A stretch of 64,000 nt of DNA from Rickettsiales bacterium (lineage in GTDB: Bacteria; Pseudomonadota; Alphaproteobacteria; Rickettsiales; UBA998). Each line of letters opens with the position of its first letter. The first letter of the stretch is position 1. The stretch covers positions 641,472-705,471 of the forward strand of contig JAMWZD010000001.1 of assembly GCA_024304995.1 (NCBI GenBank), in the 5' to 3' direction. Of this stretch, positions 56,595-64,000 are shown piece after piece. A program made the position numbers and the translations under genes. The notes under the pieces were generated by a model. It searched no databases. It saw only the letters and a program-made list of their open reading frames with translations, and was not told the DNA's origin.

Positions 56595-58520
56595 TTACGG
56601 CGTAATTGCTTCACGCGCATTCAGTGGCGCTTTCCCACCTGAAAGTATATGACGGTACACATGGTAATTTTCCAAAACCCGTTGCACATAATTGCGTGTT
56701 TCTGAAAACGGAATCATTTCCATCCACTGAATATTGCGTGACGCATCTTTGCTCAAACGTCCGAAACGTTCCTGCCATTGCACAGAACGCCCTGGTCCTG
56801 CGTTATATCCCGCAATAGCCAGAATCTTAGCGCCGCCAAATTTGTTCAGCAACCCATTCATATAATGGGAGCCGAGCAGAATATTATAGCGTGGTTCATA
56901 TAATTTGCTCAGACTATAATCCACTCCATGCTGACGCGCTGTCAGACGCGCGGTAGATGGCAGCAGCTGCATCAGACCGCGCGCATCTGCGGAAGAGCGT
57001 GCGGTGCGCTCAAAACGGCTTTCCTGCCGTGCAATGGCAAGCGCGAATGCAGGGTCAATCGCCAGCGGTGATGGTGTACTTACGATCGGGAAGAGCTGCG
57101 GCAGATAGATACCTTTATTTAATGCTTCCTGCGCAATTTTAATGCCCGTGCTATGCGCATTCAGTTTGCTGGAAAGCGCCCCAAGCTTTGCGGCAAAAGC
57201 GGGGTCATTATTGCGTTTAAGTTCATACATTAAAATAGGCATTAATAATTCAGACTGTTCTGTCTTTGCCATTTCCTTAAAATATTTCGCCAGCACATGC
57301 GTTTTGGCAAACTCCGTAACTTCCGCGTCACTCACCTGCACCATGCGTGGCAGTGGCAGCGGTGTTCCAGGGTTAATGGTCTGATGCGCTAACTGCCCGT
57401 AAAACGTGGTTGGGAAATTGGCTGCAATCTGATACCATCTGCGAGCATCCGCCGTTTTCCCTGCATCATCTGCCGCACGCGCCGCCCAATACGCACCACG
57501 GGAACGGCTGATAGGATATTTTGCCGTGTCATAAATATTCTTAAATGCTTCATGCGCAACGGCAGGCTGTTTTAAAAATGCATGATAGAGCCAGCCTCGC
57601 AGCCACTCCCCTTCCACGCGCGGCAAGGGCGTAATCTGGCTGTGCTTGTCCAGCAGCATTTTAGCAAGTTTATAATCCCCATCTTCGATAGCGTCACGGA
57701 TAATGCGTTTTTGTGTCTCCCACCATAATTCGGCATGTGGCAGAGAGCGCGGTGCAATTTTGAGCATTTCAGCCGCCCCTGCATAGTCTCTTGCGCGGGC
57801 GCGAAACTTCATACGCTCATAAATCAACCCAGGATGCTTTTTCAAATGTGATGGCACTGCATCCACCAACCCGTCCACACCTGCACGGCGGTGGCGCAGA
57901 GCGATACGCGCCTTAGACAAGGTTGCAATATCCTTATTGACGTAAGATAGCAGCCTCTCTGCCTGCGCTGTCTCCCCGTCCCAGAGCAATCTATCCACGC
58001 GTTTGGCGTGGTCATTGGCATCCAGTTGCGTGCCATATTGCGCGATAATGCGCGATTGTTCATCACGGCTGAGCGCCGCTTCTGGCCACAATGTTTTAAG
58101 CAGGGTTGCATCAACACGTCCGCTAGCGACCTGATTCATCAACTGCCCGCGGGCAGAGCGTGGCGGGTGCTGCGCAAACCATGTGCGAATTGCCTCATCT
58201 GACGGATTGCCACTTAAAAACGATACTTCCATGCGCTTAAGCAACCGCGCCCCTTCTGGCCAGTGGCTGTTATGCTTCAGAAAATTCTGAAATAAACGGT
58301 AATCCGGAATCTGCGAATTATTACGCAGATAATACCACGTCGCCAGACGCGTCACAAAGTCATCCTTTGCGCCGCGCGTGCGTTCATACGCCGTCTCCCA
58401 CTGCCCTTTATCCAGCGCCGAGAGGATTTCTGAATGGCGAGAGGCATAAGTTGGCTGGGTGAACAGGATGAATGCAAGAAGCAGGAATGAAAAGCGGAAG
58501 TAAGTCATGCTTCCACTCAT
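56595..58520 (-). CDS. soluble lytic murein transglycosylase (Slt70-like)
   Basis: SLT motif ARQESRFERTARSSADARGLMQLLPSTA with a long superhelical N-terminal region. Confidence 0.85.
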   Translation of the reverse strand: MSGSMTYFRFSFLLLAFILFTQPTYASRHSEILSALDKGQWETAYERTRGAKDDFVTRLATWYYLRNNSQIPDYRLFQNFLKHNSHWPEGARLLKRMEVSFLSGNPSDEAIRTWFAQHPPRSARGQLMNQVASGRVDATLLKTLWPEAALSRDEQSRIIAQYGTQLDANDHAKRVDRLLWDGETAQAERLLSYVNKDIATLSKARIALRHRRAGVDGLVDAVPSHLKKHPGLIYERMKFRARARDYAGAAEMLKIAPRSLPHAELWWETQKRIIRDAIEDGDYKLAKMLLDKHSQITPLPRVEGEWLRGWLYHAFLKQPAVAHEAFKNIYDTAKYPISRSRGAYWAARAADDAGKTADARRWYQIAANFPTTFYGQLAHQTINPGTPLPLPRMVQVSDAEVTEFAKTHVLAKYFKEMAKTEQSELLMPILMYELKRNNDPAFAAKLGALSSKLNAHSTGIKIAQEALNKGIYLPQLFPIVSTPSPLAIDPAFALAIARQESRFERTARSSADARGLMQLLPSTARLTARQHGVDYSLSKLYEPRYNILLGSHYMNGLLNKFGGAKILAIAGYNAGPGRSVQWQERFGRLSKDASRNIQWMEMIPFSETRNYVQRVLENYHVYRHILSGGKAPLNAREAITP

Positions 58521-58553
58521 AGCATTTTGGATGCAAATAGCTAGTGGGAAAGT

Positions 58554-59159
58554 TTAGAAGGTGTTTAGCCACTCTTCTTTTTTAACAAGTGTCATTAATT
58601 CGTCCATAAGTGGGCTGGTTTTGTAACTTACCCCGCTTACTCTTACTTCAAATAATATTAATCCTGTGCGCAATAATCTGCCTTCCGCAGCTAAAAGCGC
58701 ATCTCTATTATTATATTTGTTTGGAACATAATCATGTATCATATCTGAATAAAGATAACGTACTTCTTCTAATGAAACTTTGTATAAGGAAATTAATAGC
58801 TCCATTTCACTTTCAGATAATTCGGCAACTATATCCATAAGATATTTACATCTATCGCCCGCAATATCGTCTCCTGCTTCAAATGTACCACGAATTATCT
58901 TAGCCATGATGGCTAAATTCTTTTTGGAAGCACCATCTCGCAGTGCTTTGTTATATCTGAAAATAATCTCAAACTGAGCATCTTCACGAACCGCTTCAGG
59001 GTTGATATTGCCTTGCCCTAATTCTTCGAGAAGAATGTTTCTTGCTTCTTCTCCTCTTCTTTCAAACCATTCTGTTATTTTTCTATCAACGCCAGTGGTC
59101 ACAACTGCACCTGCAGTTGTAATTCCAATAGTTTGAATAAGTGGTATAAGCTCCATCAT
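58554..59159 (-). CDS. hypothetical protein (AT-rich orphan)
   Basis: 201 aa with a hydrophobic N-terminus. Starts 1 nt after the bioA stop. No recognisable domain. Confidence 0.45.
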   Translation of the reverse strand: MMELIPLIQTIGITTAGAVVTTGVDRKITEWFERRGEEARNILLEELGQGNINPEAVREDAQFEIIFRYNKALRDGASKKNLAIMAKIIRGTFEAGDDIAGDRCKYLMDIVAELSESEMELLISLYKVSLEEVRYLYSDMIHDYVPNKYNNRDALLAAEGRLLRTGLILFEVRVSGVSYKTSPLMDELMTLVKKEEWLNTF

Positions 59160-59160
59160 A

Positions 59161-60501
59161 TTAATTCTCCAGCAATGCCCTCACCCCATCCGTCAACGTC
59201 TGCAACTCCTCTTCACTCACCACAAAAGGCGGGGTGATGTAGATAATATTACTATACGGACGCAGCCATACACCAAGCTCCACGCATTTTGGTCGGAGGT
59301 CAAAGGGGTTAATGTGATTGGTGTCTATCTGCACCACGCCAATCGCGCCTCTTACACGCACATCTTGAACATGCGGATGCTCTAGCAAGGCGGGTAGGGT
59401 TGCGTTGAAATGCGCCCCAATTGCCGCCACCTGTTCCAAGCGTGGCTCATTCTCATACAAATCAAGCGATGCATTTGCCACCGCACATGCCAGCGGATTC
59501 GCCATAAAAGTAGGACCATGCATGAGCGCTTTCATCATGTCATCATCATAAAATGCATCATATATATGCGCTTGGGTGAGCGTGGCTGCCAGCGTCATGA
59601 TGCCGCCTGTCAACCCTTTGCCAATGCAGAGAATATCTGGCACGATGTCTGCCGTCTCACACGCAAACATATCGCCTGTGCGCCCGAAGCCTGTCATAAT
59701 TTCATCGACGATGAATAACACCTCATGACGTTTGCAACAGTTGCGCATGAAATGCAGGGATTCTGGCGGATAAAACAACATCCCTCCCGCCCCTTGCACC
59801 AGCGGTTCAACAATGAGCGCAGCGAGTTCTTGGCTGTGCGCTTTTAAGGTTGCTTCAAATGCATCATAGTCATTGGGGTGTTGTGGCACATCCAGCGCTA
59901 AGGCTTCAATCACATTCGGGCGATATGCCGAATGCATCCCCCGCGCGGGGTCGCTCACGCCCATTGCACCGAACGTATCCCCGTGATAGCCATGCTTTAA
60001 ACATGCAAAACGCGTTTTTTGTGTATTGCCCTGATTGCTCCAATATTGCAGCGCCATTTTCAGCGCTACTTCCACAGAGGTTGAGCCAGAATCAGAAAAA
60101 AACACACGCTCCATAGATTCATTTTTAGTGCGCGGGGCAATCTCTACCAGCCGTTTGGCAAGACGGTATGCAGGCGCGTGTGCCAGCCCTGCAAACATCA
60201 CATTCGGCATGACATCAAGCTGCGCTTTTGCTGCTTCCACCAAGTGCGGGTGATTATGCCCATGCGGCGTACACCACCATGAGCTGATGCCGTCTATCAA
60301 TTCACGCTCATCTTCCAGAATAATCCTGCACCCTTCCGTGCGCGCTACAGGCAACGGTAACGGTGCAATTTTCGCCTGAGCGTATGGCTGCCAAATATGC
60401 GGAAAGCCTTCGTCGAACCAGGCGGGAGATGCTTCGCGCTGCTCATCATGATGCGTGTTGTAATCGTCATGCTGAACCGCAGTTGAAGCATCTTTTTCCA
60501 T
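59161..60501 (-). CDS. bioA: adenosylmethionine-8-amino-7-oxononanoate aminotransferase
   Basis: Class III aminotransferase. WQPYAQ, SDSGSTSVE and DEIMTGFGRTG motifs. Confidence 0.9.
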   Translation of the reverse strand: MEKDASTAVQHDDYNTHHDEQREASPAWFDEGFPHIWQPYAQAKIAPLPLPVARTEGCRIILEDERELIDGISSWWCTPHGHNHPHLVEAAKAQLDVMPNVMFAGLAHAPAYRLAKRLVEIAPRTKNESMERVFFSDSGSTSVEVALKMALQYWSNQGNTQKTRFACLKHGYHGDTFGAMGVSDPARGMHSAYRPNVIEALALDVPQHPNDYDAFEATLKAHSQELAALIVEPLVQGAGGMLFYPPESLHFMRNCCKRHEVLFIVDEIMTGFGRTGDMFACETADIVPDILCIGKGLTGGIMTLAATLTQAHIYDAFYDDDMMKALMHGPTFMANPLACAVANASLDLYENEPRLEQVAAIGAHFNATLPALLEHPHVQDVRVRGAIGVVQIDTNHINPFDLRPKCVELGVWLRPYSNIIYITPPFVVSEEELQTLTDGVRALLEN

Positions 60502-60526
60502 TGAGACTATTGCAAATTCTGGCTTG

Positions 60527-60608
60527 CGTCATGCTGAACGCGGTGAAGCATCCAGAGACTCTTGCGCAAGAGTTGAAATGGATTCTTCGGCTTCGCCTCA
60601 GAATGACG
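60527..60608. repeat. ~82-bp palindromic MITE-like element, copy 3
   Basis: CGTCATGCTGAACGCGGTGAAGCATCC ... GGATTCTTCGGCTTCGCCTCAGAATGACG. Confidence 0.75.
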
Positions 60609-60649
60609 GTGGCTTACGTTATGCAATGGTCTTATTATGATACAGACGA

Positions 60650-60675
60650 GATGTTTCACTTCGTTCAGCATGACG
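60650..60675. repeat. solo arm of the palindromic element
   Basis: The reverse complement CGTCATGCTGAACGAAGTGAAACATC matches the copy-3 left arm at 23 of 26 positions. Confidence 0.65.
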
Positions 60676-60683
60676 GTTTGCCG

Positions 60684-61160
60684 CTAATATTGTTCTGGAC
60701 GTTTGATATACTCACTCTCACCCGTAGCAAATGGCACTTGCTGCGGCATTGATGGTGCGGCAACGGGTGCGGGTTGCGCCATCATGGGAAGCTGCGACGC
60801 GCCCACCTGTTCATATTCATTTACTGCGCCTGTGGTCATGTCAATCGCCAGTGTCAGCGGAGCGACAGGACCCCATAAAATATTGCCCCATACCCAATCT
60901 TCAGTGCCAGATTTCAGCATGGCAGATTTCGGTGCATATCCTGCTTTGGTGCATTGCATTTCAATATCATGAATAGTTCTGTTCACTTTCACCATTTCTG
61001 GCGTGCAGGCAACGCGTTGCACTACCTTGCCTTCCTGCGTTAAAATGCATTGCGCACATTCTGGTTGCGTCTCCACGTATATATCCTGCGTTTTACCTTC
61101 CACAACATACGCGCAGGATGGCAAGGTGATAAGTAGGGCAAGTGCTAATAATGGTTTCAT
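60684..61160 (-). CDS. lipoprotein, function unknown
   Basis: Lipobox LPSC. C-terminal Pro/Ala-rich tail. Confidence 0.55.
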   Translation of the reverse strand: MKPLLALALLITLPSCAYVVEGKTQDIYVETQPECAQCILTQEGKVVQRVACTPEMVKVNRTIHDIEMQCTKAGYAPKSAMLKSGTEDWVWGNILWGPVAPLTLAIDMTTGAVNEYEQVGASQLPMMAQPAPVAAPSMPQQVPFATGESEYIKRPEQY

Positions 61161-61173
61161 ATGAATCTCTCTT

Positions 61174-62208
61174 TTATGCTTCGTTTCTTGGCTTCAGCCC
61201 AAAATCCGCAATCAGCTTTTCAGCAATCTGCACGGCATTTAGCGCTGCGCCCTTGCGAAGATTATCTGACACAACCCACATATTTAATCCATAAGGAACT
61301 GTTGGGTCTTTGCGAAGACGTGAGACATACACCCCATCTTCCCCAGCCGTATCCAGCGGTGTGGCATATCCACCATCTTCACGGCGATCCTGCACCACCA
61401 CGCCATCTGCTTCATTCAACGCATCATACGCATCTGATTCAGTCACTTCATCTGCAAATTCGACATTGATAGACTCTCCATGCCCTACAAACACAGGGAC
61501 ACGAACGCAGGTGGCGCTCACAGGAATTTCCGCACCCATGATCTTTTTGGTTTCCTGCACCATTTTCCATTCTTCTTTCGTGTCGCCAGACCCCATGAAC
61601 ACGTCAATATGTGGAATCACGTTAAACGCGATGCGCTTGGTGAAGCATTCTGGCTCTGAATGTTCATGCACATAAAGGCGCTTTGTTTGTTGATATAGCT
61701 CATCCATCGCATCTTTCCCCGCACCAGAGACAGACTGATAGGTCGAGACGACCACGCGCTTAATCTCTGCCAAATCTTCCAGCGGTTTCAGCGCCACGAC
61801 CATCTGAATGGTGGAACAATTCGGATTGGCAATAATATTGCTTTTCGCATAATCCTTTAAATCATGCGGGTTCACTTCTGGCACCACCAAAGGCACATCG
61901 TCCTTCATGCGAAATTCTGAGGTGTTGTCAATCACCACACATCCCTGCTCTGCCGCACGCGGGGCATGAATTTTAGACACTGCTCCGCCAGGGGAAAATA
62001 ATGCAATATCCGTATCCGAGAAATCATATTCCGCCAGATCCTGACATTTGAGCGTTTTGCTTTCCCCGTAACTCACTTCCTTGCCAATGGATCGACTGCT
62101 TGCCAGCGCCACCACTTTTGAAGCAGGAAAATTGCGCTCTGCCAATGTTGCTAATATCTCACGCCCAACATTTCCTGTTGCGCCAACGACTGCGATTTTA
62201 TACGCCAT
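61174..62208 (-). CDS. asd: aspartate-semialdehyde dehydrogenase
   Basis: VVGATGNVG N-terminus and NCSTIQ active-site Cys context. Confidence 0.95.
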   Translation of the reverse strand: MAYKIAVVGATGNVGREILATLAERNFPASKVVALASSRSIGKEVSYGESKTLKCQDLAEYDFSDTDIALFSPGGAVSKIHAPRAAEQGCVVIDNTSEFRMKDDVPLVVPEVNPHDLKDYAKSNIIANPNCSTIQMVVALKPLEDLAEIKRVVVSTYQSVSGAGKDAMDELYQQTKRLYVHEHSEPECFTKRIAFNVIPHIDVFMGSGDTKEEWKMVQETKKIMGAEIPVSATCVRVPVFVGHGESINVEFADEVTESDAYDALNEADGVVVQDRREDGGYATPLDTAGEDGVYVSRLRKDPTVPYGLNMWVVSDNLRKGAALNAVQIAEKLIADFGLKPRNEA

Positions 62209-62435
62209 ATACTATATCTCATAATCTAGTGTGAATGAATGGTTGCACCATAACGCAAAGCCGTTGCAGTGAAAACAGAAAATAAACTGTTTTGTTGTGG
62301 AAACCATGAATCTTTGCTATATGAAGCCTGTTTCTTTCATGTTCCAATTTGGGAATATGGCTATACAGGGTTTCCTGTACCTGATTTTTCCCGCTTAAGG
62401 GCAGATAGAAACATTGTTGTTTCTAATTATATTAT

Positions 62436-62759
62436 ATGACATTTTTGTCTAGCAACCGCCAGAGAAACGATGCACGTCGCACCATGTGCCGTGCAGGATT
62501 ACGTGATAAAAACAAAAAAATTCAGGATTATGGACGCAATAAAAGTGAACGCCGCTGGCTGAACTTTTATCGAAAATATAGTTGCTGGGGCAGAGTACAT
62601 TACGAATTTGTCAGCAAGTCATTCAGCAATCGCGCTGCAATGAATCGCTATATTCGTAAATATTCTCACACATTTTATCATGGCGACTATGTTATATCAG
62701 AGACAAAACTAACGCCTCCCGAAAGCCCGCACAGTCAATGGCTGCAACAGCTTGGGTAA
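62436..62759 (+). CDS. hypothetical basic protein
   Basis: 107 aa, followed directly by a strong terminator. No recognisable domain. Confidence 0.35.
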   Translation: MTFLSSNRQRNDARRTMCRAGLRDKNKKIQDYGRNKSERRWLNFYRKYSCWGRVHYEFVSKSFSNRAAMNRYIRKYSHTFYHGDYVISETKLTPPESPHSQWLQQLG

Positions 62760-62776
62760 GGCTTTATTTTGCATTT

Positions 62777-62806
62777 AAACCACGTCTTGCGTGGTTTTTC
62801 TTTTTT
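62777..62806 (+). terminator. rho-independent terminator
   Basis: AAACCACG-tcttg-CGTGGTTT followed by TTCTTTTTT. Confidence 0.65.
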
Positions 62807-63236
62807 AAAGCAGCCCTGCCTCTTTCAGCCCTGCCAGAATATCTGCTTCGTCATCGACTGCACCGCCAGTATATATCCCCATATCATCTGGTGCATCCTT
62901 ATCTTTCAAATATCGCCATCCCTGAAATGCTTTGCGCGGCAACGGCACAGTGCGCATCATGTTGGCATCCTGCATAATCGCGCACATCGTGCCTTTATAG
63001 GTTTCCACCTGCTCAAAACCGAGGATTTTGTGACGGCAGGCAATGCGCTTGTTAATCACGCGGTAAATGCTCCCGCCACTTTTCAACATCGCCTCTGCTT
63101 CACGTGGCTGATACCGCGTCAAACACGGCGTTGCCAATATGCCGCGATAATCCATCAACTGATGCTGCTGATGCGCATAATATTCCTGCAAGGATTTAAT
63201 GCCGACAACAAGTTTTATCATGTGGATGGGGGTCAT
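62805..63236 (-). CDS. DUF1489 family protein
   Basis: MIKLVVGIKSLQEY...GGSIYRVI... pattern of the alphaproteobacterial DUF1489 family. Confidence 0.65.
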   Translation of the reverse strand: MTPIHMIKLVVGIKSLQEYYAHQQHQLMDYRGILATPCLTRYQPREAEAMLKSGGSIYRVINKRIACRHKILGFEQVETYKGTMCAIMQDANMMRTVPLPRKAFQGWRYLKDKDAPDDMGIYTGGAVDDEADILAGLKEAGLL

Positions 63237-63448
63237 ATACTATATATGAGGACCTTATGGTATTTTCTCAACCATCATAACGCAATCGTAATTTTTATTG
63301 ATTTGTTATTGTTGATTAACCTCATTAATTTTGGTATATTAAGAGTAATCCATCCTGCTTTTTGTAGCTGCAAGCATATTTATTATATGCCTCGAACATT
63401 TTAACGCCTCTGTTTATTCAAGCGTCTAAATGGTTTGTTGAGCCAAAA

Positions 63449-64000
63449 ATGATGGAGCTATCCTTTATCTCTTTTTCAAAGACCGTGAACAATAACAAAA
63501 TTTTCGGAACAATCGCTGCTTCTTTCATTGTTTCTTCTGGTTTATTTGCATTTAACCAAAAAACACTTGGTTGCTTTACTTTTTTAAGTGGTGTCGCTGC
63601 AACGTCCTATGGCTGGACTAAAGCCAAGAAGGAACAGCAAAAAATTGCAGAAACACTTAATTGCACCATAGCAGAAGCTGAGAACACTGCGAAAACAGTT
63701 GCAGATGTTCAAGAAAGCTTGAAGAAATCAAGAGAGCATAACACAAAGCTCAAAGATGAAAACGAAGCACTTGAACGAGCTAACGCACTATATCGCAATA
63801 TGGTAGGCATTGAAGGTAATGCAGCTCGTCTTGTTACCAAAGACGAAGACGGTTATTTAACGTCTGTGCCTGTTTTGTATAATGGGTTTCCATACCCGAT
63901 AAAAAACAAAGTTACAGGGGTCATATTAGGCGGAATGTTTCATCCTTCTGACAATGTCGAGACTGAAACCGCTTTAGACTATTCCAACACAGCATACATA
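63449..64000 (+). CDS. hypothetical membrane-anchored coiled-coil protein (3' partial, runs off the window)
   Basis: My own translation from the ATG at 63449 has no stop for 184 codons. TM segments are followed by a heptad-like region. Absent from the ORF track because it is open-ended. Confidence 0.45.
   Translation, partial: MMELSFISFSKTVNNNKIFGTIAASFIVSSGLFAFNQKTLGCFTFLSGVAATSYGWTKAKKEQQKIAETLNCTIAEAENTAKTVADVQESLKKSREHNTKLKDENEALERANALYRNMVGIEGNAARLVTKDEDGYLTSVPVLYNGFPYPIKNKVTGVILGGMFHPSDNVETETALDYSNTAYI

Noticed and set aside
60363-60752. 129-aa + strand ORF running through MITE copy 3
   Set aside because: It is antisense to the bioA 5' end and is then read through a palindromic repeat. 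Repeat-derived ORFs of this kind are typical artefacts.
62769-63404. 211-aa + strand ORF overlapping the DUF1489 gene
   Set aside because: The minus-strand DUF1489 reading has recognisable family features. The + strand ORF would start inside a terminator hairpin.
1-64000. Search for CRISPR arrays, tRNA/rRNA genes, IS elements, transposases, integrases and prophage structural genes
   Set aside because: I saw no regularly spaced direct repeats, no T-arm/GTTCGAATC-type tRNA signatures other than the tmRNA T-arm, and no recombinase-like ORFs in the six-frame track.

Overview
The window looks like a chromosomal segment of an alphaproteobacterium. Supporting markers are a circularly permuted two-piece tmRNA, a CckA-type hybrid kinase, leuS-lptE-holA synteny and a DUF1489 gene. 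Core genes include lptD, leuS, holA, carA/carB, putA, clpS/clpA, dnaB, bioA and asd. In 60-nt samples I counted by hand, core genes were in the mid-40s %GC (carB 27/60, the MNT gene 28/60). Scattered between the core genes are short AT-rich islets (13/60 to 20/60 in hand counts). None has a recognisable integrase or transposase. I found no rRNA, tRNA, CRISPR array or IS element.

Most interesting observations:
1. The carA-carB pair is split by a translationally coupled MNT-HEPN module plus an AT-rich stand-alone SIR2-like gene.
2. An AT-rich two-gene ABC-ATPase + TOPRIM/DUF4435-like module (PARIS/AbiL-like architecture) lies between putA and a pfkB kinase gene.
3. A Panacea (DUF4065) antitoxin-like gene is paired with an uncharacterised two-TM protein, between holA and ssrA.
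4. The tmRNA tag reading frame appears to carry an internal 27-nt tandem duplication.
5. An ~82-bp palindromic MITE-like repeat family is present in three copies, one of them composite.
6. A CckA-like kinase is encoded as two abutting ORFs.
7. A 1328-aa TPS-domain/GLUG-repeat exoprotein has no adjacent TpsB transporter.
8. A cNMP-binding TrxR-like protein lacking the CxxC motif is translationally coupled to a patatin-like lipase.

All family assignments come from motif recognition by eye. No database search was run.
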